Assembly (NCBI RefSeq): GCF_009936135.1 | Contig: NZ_CP047901.1 | Coordinates: 344,984-408,983 of the forward strand | Origin: Candidatus Chazhemtobacterium aquaticus | GTDB lineage: Bacteria > Patescibacteriota > Microgenomatia > UBA1400 > Chazhemtobacteraceae | Length of the DNA: 64,000 bases | Reading direction: 5' to 3' | Part shown: positions 39,583-49,422 of the stretch, piece after piece | Layout of the letters: each line of letters opens with the position of its first letter | How positions within the stretch are numbered: position 1 is the first letter of the stretch | Position numbers and translations under genes: made by a program | The notes under the pieces: generated by a model | Databases searched by the model: none | What the model was told of the DNA's origin: nothing | Seen by the model: the letters and a program-made list of their open reading frames with translations, nothing else

Positions 39583-39654
39583 TGACCCCACGGGGAATCG
39601 AACCCCGATTACAAGGATGAGAACCTTGCGTCCTAGCCGTTAGACGATGGGGCC
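39583..39654 (-). tRNA. tRNA-Glu(CTC), no encoded CCA
   Basis: Reverse complement GGCCCCATCGTCTAACGGCTAGGACGCAAGGTTCTCATCCTTGTAATCGGGGTTCGATTCCCCGTGGGGTCA. Confidence 0.95.
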
Positions 39655-39730
39655 AAGACGCCTAAATTCTAGCGTATTTTCCTCACTTTAGCCACCTCAG
39701 CACCCTATGAATGACAAGCCGGAAAAAACA

Positions 39731-40751
39731 TCACTCAGCCTGAGACTGCACGTTGTTGTATGTCACCGCCGACAGATGGGAAATGGTCTGGTTCATTTTG
39801 TTAAGATCTCTTCCTCGCGTCATCACACATATCAAATAGTTGTGCTTCTTAACATACACAATTCCACAGTCATGCAATTGCATTGAATCTCCCAAATTCC
39901 TCTCACCAAATTTATGAGAAATAAGAATATCCTTAGGCAAACCTTTTGGCAAACCCTCTTGATAATCTATCTGAGTCATTAGAGATAATGCCTTTTCTGA
40001 GTATGTTCTGCCTAAATATGAAGAGTTATACAAAATCCTAAAGAAAGAAGAGTACTGAACCACGTCCACCAGCTCTTCTTCTGACATCCCAGCTTGTTTA
40101 ATACCCACCTTTCTCATCAAACTAAATAGACTTTGCTGATCAAGGATCTTGGTAAGCGAAAATAAGGCATTGTTATCAGAGTAAACAATCATCTGAGCTA
40201 TCAAATCACTTACAGAATACAACTGACCTTCAACCATCTCCTTCTTAATCGGAATATTTTGGTAAAAATCACCGTTTTTTAAATATGGAATTTGTTTCTC
40301 CAAAAAACCAGGCTCGCTTGACGCCTGATCATAAAGAGTCATCATTACCGGAACCTTAAGCAAGCTTGCGGGAGTAAATTTCTCCTTCTCATTTATGGCA
40401 AATCAAACCCCGTTATCTAACTCTCTAAAGTAATATGACACATGTGTCATATCTCCTCTTTTTACTCTCTCCCTTATCTCACCCTCAATTTTTGACTGGA
40501 ACGGCGACAAATTGTCAATAATATTTTCCCTTGGCCATGCTGCAATCCAGTAAGGGATTGGTTAGCCCTTCTGAAGATCCTTCAGTTCTTAACTCAAAGT
40601 AATTCCCACCTTCCCGAGATTTATCTTCATATATCTTTACAGCCACTATTGTTGAGAGTAAACCAAGCATGAAGCCAGACACCAACAACGCCAGACTAAA
40701 TAGCGTCCTCTTACTTATACCACTACCCAAAAAAAATCCCTTTTTATCCAT
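39731..40751 (-). pseudogene. Class A beta-lactamase-like serine hydrolase, disrupted
   Basis: PASLLK, SDN, HKFG motifs; frameshift near 40528-40530 and in-frame TGA at 40403-40405. Confidence 0.8.
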
Positions 40752-40991
40752 ACCCCCTTATTCAGTCACGAAATAACTCAAGCTAGTATATCAGCTCCAA
40801 AAACTAATAAAAATAATTGACAATCAAGGTACTTTGGCCATATAATACGCTCCTACATCCGAGAACTGCCCATCTCCAAATTAAAGTTCTCCCAATTTCT
40901 GGCTACAAAAAACCAAATCCCTGGCTTTCTGTGGTCAAAATTGACTTTTTTGTAGCAAGATACTAAATTATCGCAATACAAAAAACCAAAT

Positions 40992-41456
40992 ATGGATAAA
41001 AAACCAATCAAAATTACCGTTCAAGGTCGACAGGCTCTAGAAAAAGAGCTTAAAGTCCTAAAAGATGAGCGTCAACCTCATGTCATTAAAAGAGTCGCTA
41101 CGGCTCGTGAGTTTGGCGATCTTTCTGAAAACGCCGAATACCACGCCGCCCGTGAGGATCTAGCCTGGATTCAAGGACGTATTGAGGAAATCGAACATAT
41201 TCTAGCTCAAGCTGAAGTAGTCAAGGCCAATGGCGACTCTACTGTTTCTCTTGGTCATCAGGTTGTCCTCCTTACGCAAGACGGCCAAGAACAAGAATTT
41301 CACATCGTCGGTGAATGGGAAGCTGATCCCATGGCTCAAAAAATCAGCCACGAATCACCTTTAGGCCAAGCTCTAGTTGGTAAAAAAGTCGGCGAAATCG
41401 CCCAATTCGAAGCTCCAGCCGGTACTATTGCCTACACCATCAAAGCCATCAAATAA
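40992..41456 (+). CDS. greA: Transcription elongation factor GreA
   Basis: GDLSENAEYHAA, ISHESPLGQAL. Confidence 0.96.
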   Translation: MDKKPIKITVQGRQALEKELKVLKDERQPHVIKRVATAREFGDLSENAEYHAAREDLAWIQGRIEEIEHILAQAEVVKANGDSTVSLGHQVVLLTQDGQEQEFHIVGEWEADPMAQKISHESPLGQALVGKKVGEIAQFEAPAGTIAYTIKAIK

Positions 41457-41458
41457 CC

Positions 41459-42022
41459 ATGGATCGAGCTCAAGCTCTAGACTTAATTCACTCCTGGACC
41501 ACTAACCCCAATCTAATCAAACACATGCTTGCTGTCGAGGCGCAGCTACGTGCCCTCGCTCGTCATTATAATCAAGACGAAGATCTCTGGGGTCTGGCTG
41601 GCTTACTTCATGACGCGGATTACCAGCTCTTCGCCAATCAGCCTGAAAAACACCCCAGCAAGATCATCGAAGAACTCCAGTCCAAGAACGTTGACTCCCG
41701 TATCATCCAGGCCATCCGTTCCCATGCATGGGGCTGGCAGCCAGGCGCCCCAGAACCCCAATCTCAGCTTGACTGGGCGCTCTATACTAGCGACGAACTC
41801 TCTGGTCTAATTATTGCCTGCGCCCTGGTTCGTCCTGATAAAAAACTCAGCTCTCTTACCCTCGACTCTATTCTTAAAAAGTGGCACACTCAGTCTTTCG
41901 CTGCCGGTGTTCATCGTGACCACATTCTCCTCTGTGAGACAAAACTAGGCATCAAACTCAATGACTACATCACCATCTGTCTTAATGCCCTACAGGACAT
42001 CTCTTCAGACTTGGGGCTTTAG
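41459..42022 (+). CDS. HD-domain (HDIG-type) hydrolase
   Basis: KHML, GLLHDAD, RSH, DELSGLI. Confidence 0.85.
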   Translation: MDRAQALDLIHSWTTNPNLIKHMLAVEAQLRALARHYNQDEDLWGLAGLLHDADYQLFANQPEKHPSKIIEELQSKNVDSRIIQAIRSHAWGWQPGAPEPQSQLDWALYTSDELSGLIIACALVRPDKKLSSLTLDSILKKWHTQSFAAGVHRDHILLCETKLGIKLNDYITICLNALQDISSDLGL

Positions 42023-42073
42023 TCCGTGCTAGAATAGCGCTGTTAACTCCATCAAATCGGCTAGAATATATTC

Positions 42074-43357
42074 ATGCTTGATATTCAATACATTCGTGAC
42101 CATCCCAAAACAGTCAGAAGAGCTGTTACCAGCAAAAACCTAAACCCCAAGGTTGTTGATAATCTGCTTGATATTGACCAAAAACGCCGTCAATTAATCG
42201 CTCAAGTTGAAGATCTCCGTTCTCAGCGAAATCAGCTCAATCAACAGCTTAAACAAAAACAAACCCCCAAACTAATCACTCAGTCAAAGTCTCTCAAAAG
42301 TAAACTCCAAGATCTTGAACCTCAACTTAATCAACTTGAAAAGTCCTTCCAGGATCTACTTCTACAGATCCCCAATTTGCCCTTAAAAGACGTTCCTATT
42401 GGCAAAGACTCCTCCGGCAACAAGCAAGTTAAAACCTGGGGTAAAAAACCTACTCTCGATTTTGAACCCAAAAACCACATCGAACTTGGAACCAGTCTCG
42501 GTCTCTTTGATCTAGAGCGGGGTGCCAAAGTTGCTGGCTTCCGCGGCTATTACCTTACTGGTGACGGAGTCCGCCTCAGTCTAGCCATCATGCTTTATGC
42601 CTTAGATAAACTAAGTGGTAAGGGCTTTAATCTCGTAATGCCTCCCATTATTAACCGTCGCTCTGCTTTTATAAACTCAGGCCACTTCCCCTGGGGTGAA
42701 TCAGAAACCTATCGACTGGCTCAAGACGAAACTGATCCAGACAACGACTATTTCCTAGCAGGAACCGCTGAGGTCCCTTTAGTCTCTCTCTATGCCAACG
42801 AGACTTTTTCTGAAAAAGATCTGCCTATAAAAATGGTTGGCTTCTCTCCCTGCTATCGTCGTGAAATCGGCAACTACGGCAAAGACACCAAAGGTATCTT
42901 CCGCGTTCATGAATTTCTCAAGGCCGAGCAAGTCATCATCTGTAAAAACGATCTTGAGGAATCTCTTCAATGGCACGAAAAGCTCCTCTCCTACGCTGAG
43001 GAAATCCTTCAAGATCTAGGTCTCCATTACCGCGTCATGCTTATGTGTACCGGCGACATGGGTGAACCCCAAGCCAAAAAATATGACATCGAAACCTGGA
43101 TGCCTGGACGCCAAGACTACGGTGAAACTGCCTCAGACTCAATCATGACTGACTTTCAGTCTCGCCGAGCCAACATTCGCTATCAGGCTGCTGATGGCAC
43201 TCTCAAATTTGCTCATATGCTCAACAATACCGCCGCCCCCTCTACCAGGCTCCTCATCGCCATTCTCGAAAACTACCAACAAGCAGATGGAACGGTCAAA
43301 GTTCCCGCACCCCTAGTCCCTTATGTTGGTAAAGACTTGCTGCGCCGTGAAGACTAA
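42074..43357 (+). CDS. serS: Serine-tRNA ligase
   Basis: N-terminal coiled coil, GTAEVPL, CYRRE, FRVHEF, KYDIETW. Confidence 0.96.
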   Translation: MLDIQYIRDHPKTVRRAVTSKNLNPKVVDNLLDIDQKRRQLIAQVEDLRSQRNQLNQQLKQKQTPKLITQSKSLKSKLQDLEPQLNQLEKSFQDLLLQIPNLPLKDVPIGKDSSGNKQVKTWGKKPTLDFEPKNHIELGTSLGLFDLERGAKVAGFRGYYLTGDGVRLSLAIMLYALDKLSGKGFNLVMPPIINRRSAFINSGHFPWGESETYRLAQDETDPDNDYFLAGTAEVPLVSLYANETFSEKDLPIKMVGFSPCYRREIGNYGKDTKGIFRVHEFLKAEQVIICKNDLEESLQWHEKLLSYAEEILQDLGLHYRVMLMCTGDMGEPQAKKYDIETWMPGRQDYGETASDSIMTDFQSRRANIRYQAADGTLKFAHMLNNTAAPSTRLLIAILENYQQADGTVKVPAPLVPYVGKDLLRRED

Positions 43358-44420
43358 GTTATTTTTACTTTTCTCCATCATCATCTTCGTCATCTTTGTT
43401 GGTTACCTTTTCCATTATCGCTCCAACCTCTCACTTCTCTCCCCCCTATTTTCATCCATCAATCCGCCCGACCTAAAACCTAAACTCAGTCTTCGTCTCT
43501 CCATACCCCCAGATCTTGACTACTCCAATCTTTCTACCCCTTCTGGCGTCCCTGAACATATCTCCTACCTCCTCTATCAACCCTTAACCGGTTATGTCTA
43601 TGCTACTCAAAATCCCACCTCAAAACTCGCCCCTGCTTCTTTCACCAAACTAGTCACCACCATGGTCTCTCTTGATGTCGCTCCCGCCCAACATTTACTT
43701 ACTGCCTCACCACAGGCCATTGCCAAAGAACCAACCATTCTCGGTCTCAAAGCAGGGGAGCAGCTTACCATCCTCGAACTAGTCAGAGCCTCGATCTCGA
43801 CCTCCGCCAATGATGCCGCCGCTGTCCTTGCCGAGGGTAGTGCTGCCATATACAACCAACCAATACCATTCTTCATTGACCTCATGAATCAAAAAGCTCA
43901 ACTTATGAACATGAATAATACTCATTTTGCCAACCCAGAAGGCTATGATGATCACAATCAATACTCAACACTTGAAGACCTATACATTCTTGTCCACAAT
44001 GTACAACAAAATTATCCAGATATAGTTCAAGCCGGCCTTTCTGATCGAGATGATCTACAAGCTACCAGCACTCATGGTTTTTATTATCTTCCTAACTGGA
44101 ATACCTTACTTGGTCTTTATCCAGGCGTTAACGGTCTAAAAATCGCCTATACCGGTGATGCTGGCTACTCAACTATCCTTACCTCAACCAGAGCCGACTT
44201 TTCGGTCAACCTCATCTTAACCGGTGCCACCTCTATACAGGAGCGTGACCAAATAGCTGCCAACTTATTAGACTTCGCCTATCAAACCCACGGTTTTAAA
44301 CCCCTCAAACTAACCAACAAAGACTTTCAGACTCGTTACGACCAGTGGCGGGAACTAGCCGACCAAATCAAATCAGAGTTAGCCAATCAGCAAGCCTCCG
44401 CCTCAGCCACTCAACCATGA
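43347..44420 (+). CDS. D-alanyl-D-alanine carboxypeptidase-like protein (S11)
   Basis: PASFTK, SAN, FANPEG; KTG position reads KIA; GTG start 43347 inferred. Confidence 0.8.
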   Translation: MKTKLFLLFSIIIFVIFVGYLFHYRSNLSLLSPLFSSINPPDLKPKLSLRLSIPPDLDYSNLSTPSGVPEHISYLLYQPLTGYVYATQNPTSKLAPASFTKLVTTMVSLDVAPAQHLLTASPQAIAKEPTILGLKAGEQLTILELVRASISTSANDAAAVLAEGSAAIYNQPIPFFIDLMNQKAQLMNMNNTHFANPEGYDDHNQYSTLEDLYILVHNVQQNYPDIVQAGLSDRDDLQATSTHGFYYLPNWNTLLGLYPGVNGLKIAYTGDAGYSTILTSTRADFSVNLILTGATSIQERDQIAANLLDFAYQTHGFKPLKLTNKDFQTRYDQWRELADQIKSELANQQASASATQP

Positions 44421-45067
44421 ACCTCAAGCAATATCTCATTCCTCAAACCCTCAAGCGATTTCACTCTCAATACAATAACGATATTGAACTAGTCGCCTTC
44501 TCTGGCTCTACCAGGCTTGACATGGGTGGACTTACTCAATCAGGTGAAATCATCGAAAAAATCTGGAAAAAAGCTCTAGACGACCTCCTCCCTCAAGATT
44601 TCTCTCCCCATTCTATCCTCCTTCTTGGTTTTGGAGCTGGCTCAGCCGCTCATCTTGTTTCCCGTCGTTGGCCCAAGGCCCGTATTACTGGTGTTGAACT
44701 TGATCCGGTTGTGATAGACATCGCCCGTAAGCATTTCAAGATCAGCTCAATCCCTCACCTTACTCTCCATAATCAAGATGCTCTTGATTTTGTCAACCAA
44801 CAAGACAGCCAACTCCAGTTTGATCTTACTCTCGTTGATTGTTATCTAGGAGACCAGTTTCCGCTCCAACTAGAATCACTTAAATTCATCAAAAAACTCA
44901 CCCAAATATCACCCTTTGTTATCATCAACCGTCTTTTCTGGGGCAAATACCAACCACTCACCCTTGATTTTCATCACCGCCTCAAGCCTCATTTTGCTAC
45001 CTCAACTACTCGTACCACCTCCAACTACCTCATATCTATTCAAAAACAACGGGGTGTTGGTGACTAA
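44417..45067 (+). CDS. Class I SAM-dependent methyltransferase (spermidine-synthase-like)
   Basis: LLLGFGAG, GVELDP, QDA, FDLTLVD; ATGA overlap. Confidence 0.8.
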   Translation: MNLKQYLIPQTLKRFHSQYNNDIELVAFSGSTRLDMGGLTQSGEIIEKIWKKALDDLLPQDFSPHSILLLGFGAGSAAHLVSRRWPKARITGVELDPVVIDIARKHFKISSIPHLTLHNQDALDFVNQQDSQLQFDLTLVDCYLGDQFPLQLESLKFIKKLTQISPFVIINRLFWGKYQPLTLDFHHRLKPHFATSTTRTTSNYLISIQKQRGVGD

Positions 45068-45073
45068 CACCCC
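45051..45073. terminator. Hairpin between convergent genes, probable terminator
   Basis: GGGGTGTTGG-TGAC-TAACACCCC with A-rich flanks. Confidence 0.55.
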
Positions 45074-45095
45074 TGAAATCAAAAACCACAAAACA

Positions 45096-45245
45096 CTACA
45101 GATAGTCTCTATCGCGGCTCAGTGCCTGGACTATTTCTTCATCGGTCACCCCGTATGACTTTGCTAACTGGTAACTAAACCAGTAGCAAATCAAACCGAT
45201 AATCACCAGGCCTATTGGACAGAGCAATGCCAATAATAGTTCCAT
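45096..45245 (-). CDS. Small single-TM protein (49 aa, MELLLALLCPIGLV...)
   Basis: Read manually; AAAGGAG upstream, hairpin downstream. Confidence 0.55.
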   Translation of the reverse strand: MELLLALLCPIGLVIIGLICYWFSYQLAKSYGVTDEEIVQALSRDRDYL

Positions 45246-45352
45246 GACTATCTCCTTTCATGGACTATCTTCAGTTTCCAAATTATAAGCTATTTATCCT
45301 TTTAGTTCACCCTTAAACTCCAATTCCGCGGTATAATCAAACCCGTCAACTT

Positions 45353-48028
45353 ATGTTCAACGTCTTTAAAAACCTGCTCGATACCAACCAAAAGGAAATC
45401 GACCGTCTCACCAAGATTGTCGCCAGAATTAACTCGCTTGAGGAACAAGCCCAACAACTCAAATCTGCTGACTTTCCCGCCAGGATTAATAACTTCAAGT
45501 CCCGTCTCTCCAAAGGCGAATCCCTCGACGATCTTCTTCCTGAAGTTTTTGCTCTCGTTCGCGAAGCCTCGGTCCGCACTCTTAAGATGCGCCCCTTCGA
45601 TGTTCAGCTCATGGCCGCCATCGCCTTCCATGAAGGCAAAGTAGCCGAACAAAAAACCGGTGAAGGTAAAACCTTGTCTGCCGCCCCCGCTCTAGTCCTT
45701 AATGCTCTTACTGGCAAAGGCGCTCACCTGGTGACAGTCAACGACTATCTCGCTCGTCGTGACGCTGGTTGGATGGGTCCTTTGTATCACTATCTAGGTC
45801 TTACTGTCGGTGTTATCTACTCCGGCTCTGGTGACTTGCCAGCCGCCATTTATGATCAGGAATACAAAGACCCAGTTCACAAAGACGAGCGTCTCCAACA
45901 TCTCAAACCCTGCCCTAGACCAGAAGCCTATCAAGCTGATATCACCTATGGCACTAACAACGAATTCGGTTTTGATTACCTGCGAGACAACATGGCCCAG
46001 TCTCTTTCGAGCATGACCCAACGGGGTCACCACTTTACCATCGTTGACGAGGTTGACTCCATTCTCATTGACGAAGCTCGCACCCCCCTTATCATTTCCG
46101 CTCCCGATACCGAACCCACCGACAAGTACTACCGCTTTGCCCGTCTCATCAATACTCTTTCTGCCGATACAGACTATGAAATCGATGAAAAGCTTCGTAC
46201 CGCCAACCTTACCGAACTGGGCTTAAAGAAACTCGAGCGCGATCTTAATATCGACAACATCTACGAAAAAGAATTCGACACCGTCCACCACGTCGAACAG
46301 GCACTCAAAGCTCGTACTCTCTTCGAAAAAGACCGCGACTACATTGTCAAAGACGGAGAGATCATCATCGTCGACGAACACACCGGTCGCCTTATGTACG
46401 GACGCCGTTACTCGGACGGTCTCCATCAAGCCATCGAAGCCAAGGAGGGCGTCACCATCCAGCAAGAAAGCAAAACTTTGGCCACCATCTCTCTCCAAAA
46501 CTACTTCCGCATGTATCAAAAACTAGCTGGTATGACCGGTACCGCTGCCACCGAAGCAGATGAATTTAAGAAGATATATAACCTGGATGTTGTCGTCATC
46601 CCCACCAATCGACCTGTTGCCCGTCAAGACTACCCCGACCTAGTCTTCAAAACCACTCGGGCCAAATACGCCGCCATCTTAGCTGATGTCGAACAACGCC
46701 ACCACCAAGGCCAACCCATCCTCATCGGCACCAAATCCATTGAGCAAAACGAAGTCATCTCTAGTCTTTTCAAAAGAAAGAAAATTCCTCATCAAGTTCT
46801 AAATGCCAAGAACCACGAAAATGAAGCCGCCATTATCGCCCAAGCCGGTGCCGTCGGCGCTGTCACTATCGCCACCAACATTGCCGGCCGTGGAGTCGAC
46901 ATTGTCTTGGGCGGCAGTCCTGACGACCTAAAACCAGACCAATGGCAAAAACAACACGACCAGGTTCTCAAATCAGGGGGCCTTCATGTCATTGGAGCTG
47001 TCCGTCACGAGTCTCGCCGTATTGATAACCAACTCCGTGGTCGTTCCGGACGCCAGGGTGACCCAGGCTCGTCCCGCTTCTATGTCTCCCTTGAAGATGA
47101 CATCATGCGCATCTTCGGAGGTGAACAAGTCTCCCGCCTCATGGAGATCTTAAAGGTCCCTGAAGACCAACCTTTAGAAGCCGGTATGGTCAGCAAGGCT
47201 ATCGAGACTGCTCAAAGCAAGGTTGAGTCCTTCTACTTCGATCAACGCAAGAACGTAGTCGAGTACGACGATGTCATGAATCGCCAACGGGAAATCATCT
47301 ACTCCCGTCGTCTTAAAATCCTTGAGGACTCCGAAAAGCAGCCTGAGTCCCTCCGTGCCCGCCTTCAAGCAATTCTTGATGCTCAAATCGACCAACTCAC
47401 TGGTATCCTTGCCCCAGAAGGTATTACCGAGGATGAGACTAATACTTTGCTTCAAAGTTTCCAAAGCTTGATCCCTCTTGACTCAACCTCCCAACAACAA
47501 CTCAAAAGCTATATCAGCTCAACCACTAATCCAGACGAGATCAACACCAGACTCAAAAAAATCATCTCAGACGCCTACAAAGATCGCATCACCAAGCTCG
47601 GTGATGGCATGATGACCCAGATTGAAAAACTCGTCTCTCTTACCACCATCGATCAACTCTGGATGCAACACCTTGACGACTTAACTGACCTGCGAGATGG
47701 TATCGGCCTAAGAGGCTATGCCCAAAAAGATCCTTTAGTTGAATACAAACACGAAGCCTTTGTTATGTTTGAAACCCTTCTCTCTCGCATTGACCTCCAA
47801 ATTGCCCAACGTCTTTTCAGAGTTCAGGTTCGCCAGCAGCCCCCTCCCGATTTTACTCGTCAAGCTATTGCTCACAAAGCCGATGCTCCTGATGCCACCA
47901 GTACCGCACCATCCAAACCCAAATCAACCTCGACTTCATCATCACCTCAAAAACTGGGTCGCAATGATCCCTGTTGGTGTGGCAGTGGCAAGAAATTCAA
48001 GAAATGTCACTATCCCCAGATAAGTTAA
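45353..48028 (+). CDS. secA: Preprotein translocase subunit SecA
   Basis: KTGEGKT, VNDYLARRD, DEVDSILIDEARTPL, DNQLRGRSGRQGDPG, C-terminal GRNDPCWCGSGKKFKKCH. Confidence 0.98.
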   Translation: MFNVFKNLLDTNQKEIDRLTKIVARINSLEEQAQQLKSADFPARINNFKSRLSKGESLDDLLPEVFALVREASVRTLKMRPFDVQLMAAIAFHEGKVAEQKTGEGKTLSAAPALVLNALTGKGAHLVTVNDYLARRDAGWMGPLYHYLGLTVGVIYSGSGDLPAAIYDQEYKDPVHKDERLQHLKPCPRPEAYQADITYGTNNEFGFDYLRDNMAQSLSSMTQRGHHFTIVDEVDSILIDEARTPLIISAPDTEPTDKYYRFARLINTLSADTDYEIDEKLRTANLTELGLKKLERDLNIDNIYEKEFDTVHHVEQALKARTLFEKDRDYIVKDGEIIIVDEHTGRLMYGRRYSDGLHQAIEAKEGVTIQQESKTLATISLQNYFRMYQKLAGMTGTAATEADEFKKIYNLDVVVIPTNRPVARQDYPDLVFKTTRAKYAAILADVEQRHHQGQPILIGTKSIEQNEVISSLFKRKKIPHQVLNAKNHENEAAIIAQAGAVGAVTIATNIAGRGVDIVLGGSPDDLKPDQWQKQHDQVLKSGGLHVIGAVRHESRRIDNQLRGRSGRQGDPGSSRFYVSLEDDIMRIFGGEQVSRLMEILKVPEDQPLEAGMVSKAIETAQSKVESFYFDQRKNVVEYDDVMNRQREIIYSRRLKILEDSEKQPESLRARLQAILDAQIDQLTGILAPEGITEDETNTLLQSFQSLIPLDSTSQQQLKSYISSTTNPDEINTRLKKIISDAYKDRITKLGDGMMTQIEKLVSLTTIDQLWMQHLDDLTDLRDGIGLRGYAQKDPLVEYKHEAFVMFETLLSRIDLQIAQRLFRVQVRQQPPPDFTRQAIAHKADAPDATSTAPSKPKSTSTSSSPQKLGRNDPCWCGSGKKFKKCHYPQIS

Positions 48029-48080
48029 AAGTTTCAATCCAGCAGCCACCTAACCCAGTCTTTACTCGCCAAAAAAACGG

Positions 48081-48473
48081 TCACTCAACAATCTCTATCA
48101 GTTGTCCCCTTAATTTTTCTTTAAAACTCTTCAAATTTTTGTAGTCCTTCCAAACAGACCTCCTTACACCTAACTTTTTAGCATCTTTGTTGTATTTAGG
48201 CACTGATGAGATTGAAACGATTTTATCTTTATCAAAATAATCCAGATTGACAACATGAAATGATCCTCCCAAAAAACAATCCCGATCAAGCAGTAGAACA
48301 TCAAATCTAATCTGTGGATTCTTGTTTACATACTCCTCAACCTCAACGTAATCAGACAATATCGAAACAGAAAAACAAACCTCCTTCTCGTTCTCGATCT
48401 CCCTTAGCAACTGCAAGATATTCTTATTTGTCTCCAGATCATCCTCAAGAACAAGTACTCTAATATTTCTCAT
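48081..48473 (-). CDS. Stand-alone receiver-like (CheY fold) protein
   Basis: VLVLEDD, FDVLLLD, ISS, terminal K. Confidence 0.65.
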   Translation of the reverse strand: MRNIRVLVLEDDLETNKNILQLLREIENEKEVCFSVSILSDYVEVEEYVNKNPQIRFDVLLLDRDCFLGGSFHVVNLDYFDKDKIVSISSVPKYNKDAKKLGVRRSVWKDYKNLKSFKEKLRGQLIEIVE

Positions 48474-48481
48474 TGATAGTT

Positions 48482-49207
48482 TTATATTTTGTTTTTGTTT
48501 CTATCTTCTGATACCGAAAACCCCTCTACAATACTTACAAACATTTTTTCCATATCATAATAATCCTGGTAATAATCGATAAAAGCTTCATACTCACGCT
48601 CAGTTTTTGTGTGTATATAAATAGGTAAAAGCGACTTTGTTGCAATGACCGACCAGAAATCTGGTTCCAAAACTATGTCATTAATGCAATTAGGGTTATG
48701 ATTGTGCTCAAATAATTTGTTTCGAGTTTCCGAAAATTTGCCTCCCAGCACATTGTCAAATTCGATATCGAGTGATTTGAATAAATCCACAACTTTCTTC
48801 CCAGACATATACATCTGCATTAAGTGTGATGTTGCCAAATCACCATACAAGATTACTTCCTTATTATTCTTTCCTGAGCTCTCTATCGATGCAACTTTAT
48901 TTATTCGTAGACCAACAAAGCTGGCAAAAAATGACCTCATTGTGTCGTACAGAAGCCTGTATTTTTGTCTCTCTTCGGACCAGTCAGTCCCGAATTGATT
49001 GAATTTTGATTGCCAGTGGGTTTCAAGTCTATCAGTAAACGACACAGGATTTCCCTGGTCGTGCAGGAATCGGTCAACATTAAGTTTCTCACCACAAACA
49101 ACACCTTCATGCTGATGACACTCAATCCATTTAACCGTGGTTTTTGAAAATAACCACTCTAATTGATCTTGAATTGACGAAATCGATGATTTCTTATTCT
49201 TTCCCAT
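48482..49207 (-). CDS. Hypothetical protein with HEPN-like RxxxxxH motif
   Basis: FSETRNKLFEH after a helical region; atypical composition. Confidence 0.55.
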   Translation of the reverse strand: MGKNKKSSISSIQDQLEWLFSKTTVKWIECHQHEGVVCGEKLNVDRFLHDQGNPVSFTDRLETHWQSKFNQFGTDWSEERQKYRLLYDTMRSFFASFVGLRINKVASIESSGKNNKEVILYGDLATSHLMQMYMSGKKVVDLFKSLDIEFDNVLGGKFSETRNKLFEHNHNPNCINDIVLEPDFWSVIATKSLLPIYIHTKTEREYEAFIDYYQDYYDMEKMFVSIVEGFSVSEDRNKNKI

Positions 49208-49365
49208 ATAGTTTTTCTAGGACAGATTTTGTCTTGTCTTCATAAATCTTGACAAGCTTCTTACTTGCATTTACTAACTCCCGCTCTACCTCAACTTTTT
49301 GCAACAATTTGTTTTTGGATTTCAAGAGGTGGAAGAAAAATTTGAATTGTTTTTGATCGGGACAT
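49194..49365 (-). pseudogene. Chimeric remnant ending in a restriction-modification specificity (HsdS/type IIG-like) C-terminus
   Basis: MSRSKTIQIFLP-PLEIQKQIVAK, frameshift in an A run, then VEVERELVNASKKLVKIYEDKTKSVLEKLYGKE*. Confidence 0.65.
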
Positions 49366-49422
49366 ACTTTGACTTATATCAGCAATTATATCCTGGGTAT
49401 ATACCACATATCGCACTTTGTC

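Noticed and set aside
39390-39643. Short + strand ORFs ending VTPRGIEPRLQG / TRMRTLRPSR
   Set aside because: Antisense translation of tRNA-Glu; no recognisable recombinase domain upstream
40403-40405. In-frame TGA as evidence of stop-codon reassignment
   Set aside because: TGA ends intact genes here (lon, dinB, ftsE, ftsX), prfB is present, and the same gene also has a frameshift
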